Translations under genes and position numbers: made by a program
From: Camelus dromedarius
Taxonomy: Eukaryota
Assembly (NCBI RefSeq): GCF_036321535.1
Contig: NC_087444.1
Location: 73,222,001 to 73,286,000, forward strand
Direction: 5' to 3'
Length of the DNA: 64,000 bases
Notes under the pieces: model-generated
The model's database searches: none
The model's input: the letters and a program-made list of their open reading frames with translations, nothing else
What the model was told of the DNA's origin: nothing
In this document: positions 63,763 through 64,000 of the stretch, piece by piece
How positions within the stretch are numbered: the stretch's first letter is position 1
Layout: each line of letters opens with the position of its first letter

Positions 63763-64000
63763 ACTATTATTTTGGTTTCTGTGCTGAGTTCTTGGCTCAT
63801 GGGGAAGGGTGGGAGGCCCAGACCCACAGGGAAATTGAGATGATCCAGCAATCCTTCATTTTTTTTTTTCTAACAGGGCCCTCCTGGGCTAGATAGAATG
63901 AAGGGGCCCCAGATGAATCCATCTCCATGGCAACTCAGCCCTCATCCTCCCTGCCTGGACCAGAGTGCCATGGTGGCAACTTGCCAACATCCATGGATTC

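Noticed and set aside
63780-64000. CARD8, expected downstream of ZSWIM9 by human synteny
   Set aside because: No CARD8-like coding sequence is visible, and the window ends too early to judge presence or absence.

Overview
Mammalian genomic DNA, probably a camelid (inferred from six tRNA-Ala-derived SINEs of the camelid type), with two short N gaps. Three spliced genes can be read directly. (1) The 5' part of CABP5, the retinal Ca2+-binding protein 5 (minus strand, coding exons 1-3, 118-2441). (2) A complete LIG1, DNA ligase 1 (minus strand): 27 coding exons, 5783-35011, all GT-AG and phase-consistent, 2757 nt or 918 aa. Its non-coding exon 1 lies at about 42595-42690 and appears to use a GC donor. 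(3) ZSWIM9/C19orf68 (plus strand): 3 coding exons, 44195-62980, 923 aa, head-to-head with LIG1 across a CpG island. The rest is intron and intergenic DNA filled with SINEs, MIRs, L1/L2 fragments, hAT/Tigger relics and LTRs. I found no clearly new multi-gene system. The best leads are: PLA2G4C is missing from its usual position between CABP5 and LIG1; ZSWIM9 looks like a catalytically dead Mutator-type transposase carrying an exact-period 54-nt (18-aa) repeat insert; an E-box-rich degenerate minisatellite sits beside the shared promoter; a TSD-flanked solo LTR lies 64 nt from the acceptor of the LIG1 start-codon exon; and the LIG1 N-terminus shows traces of duplication. Human comparisons and repeat-family names are from memory and were not computed.
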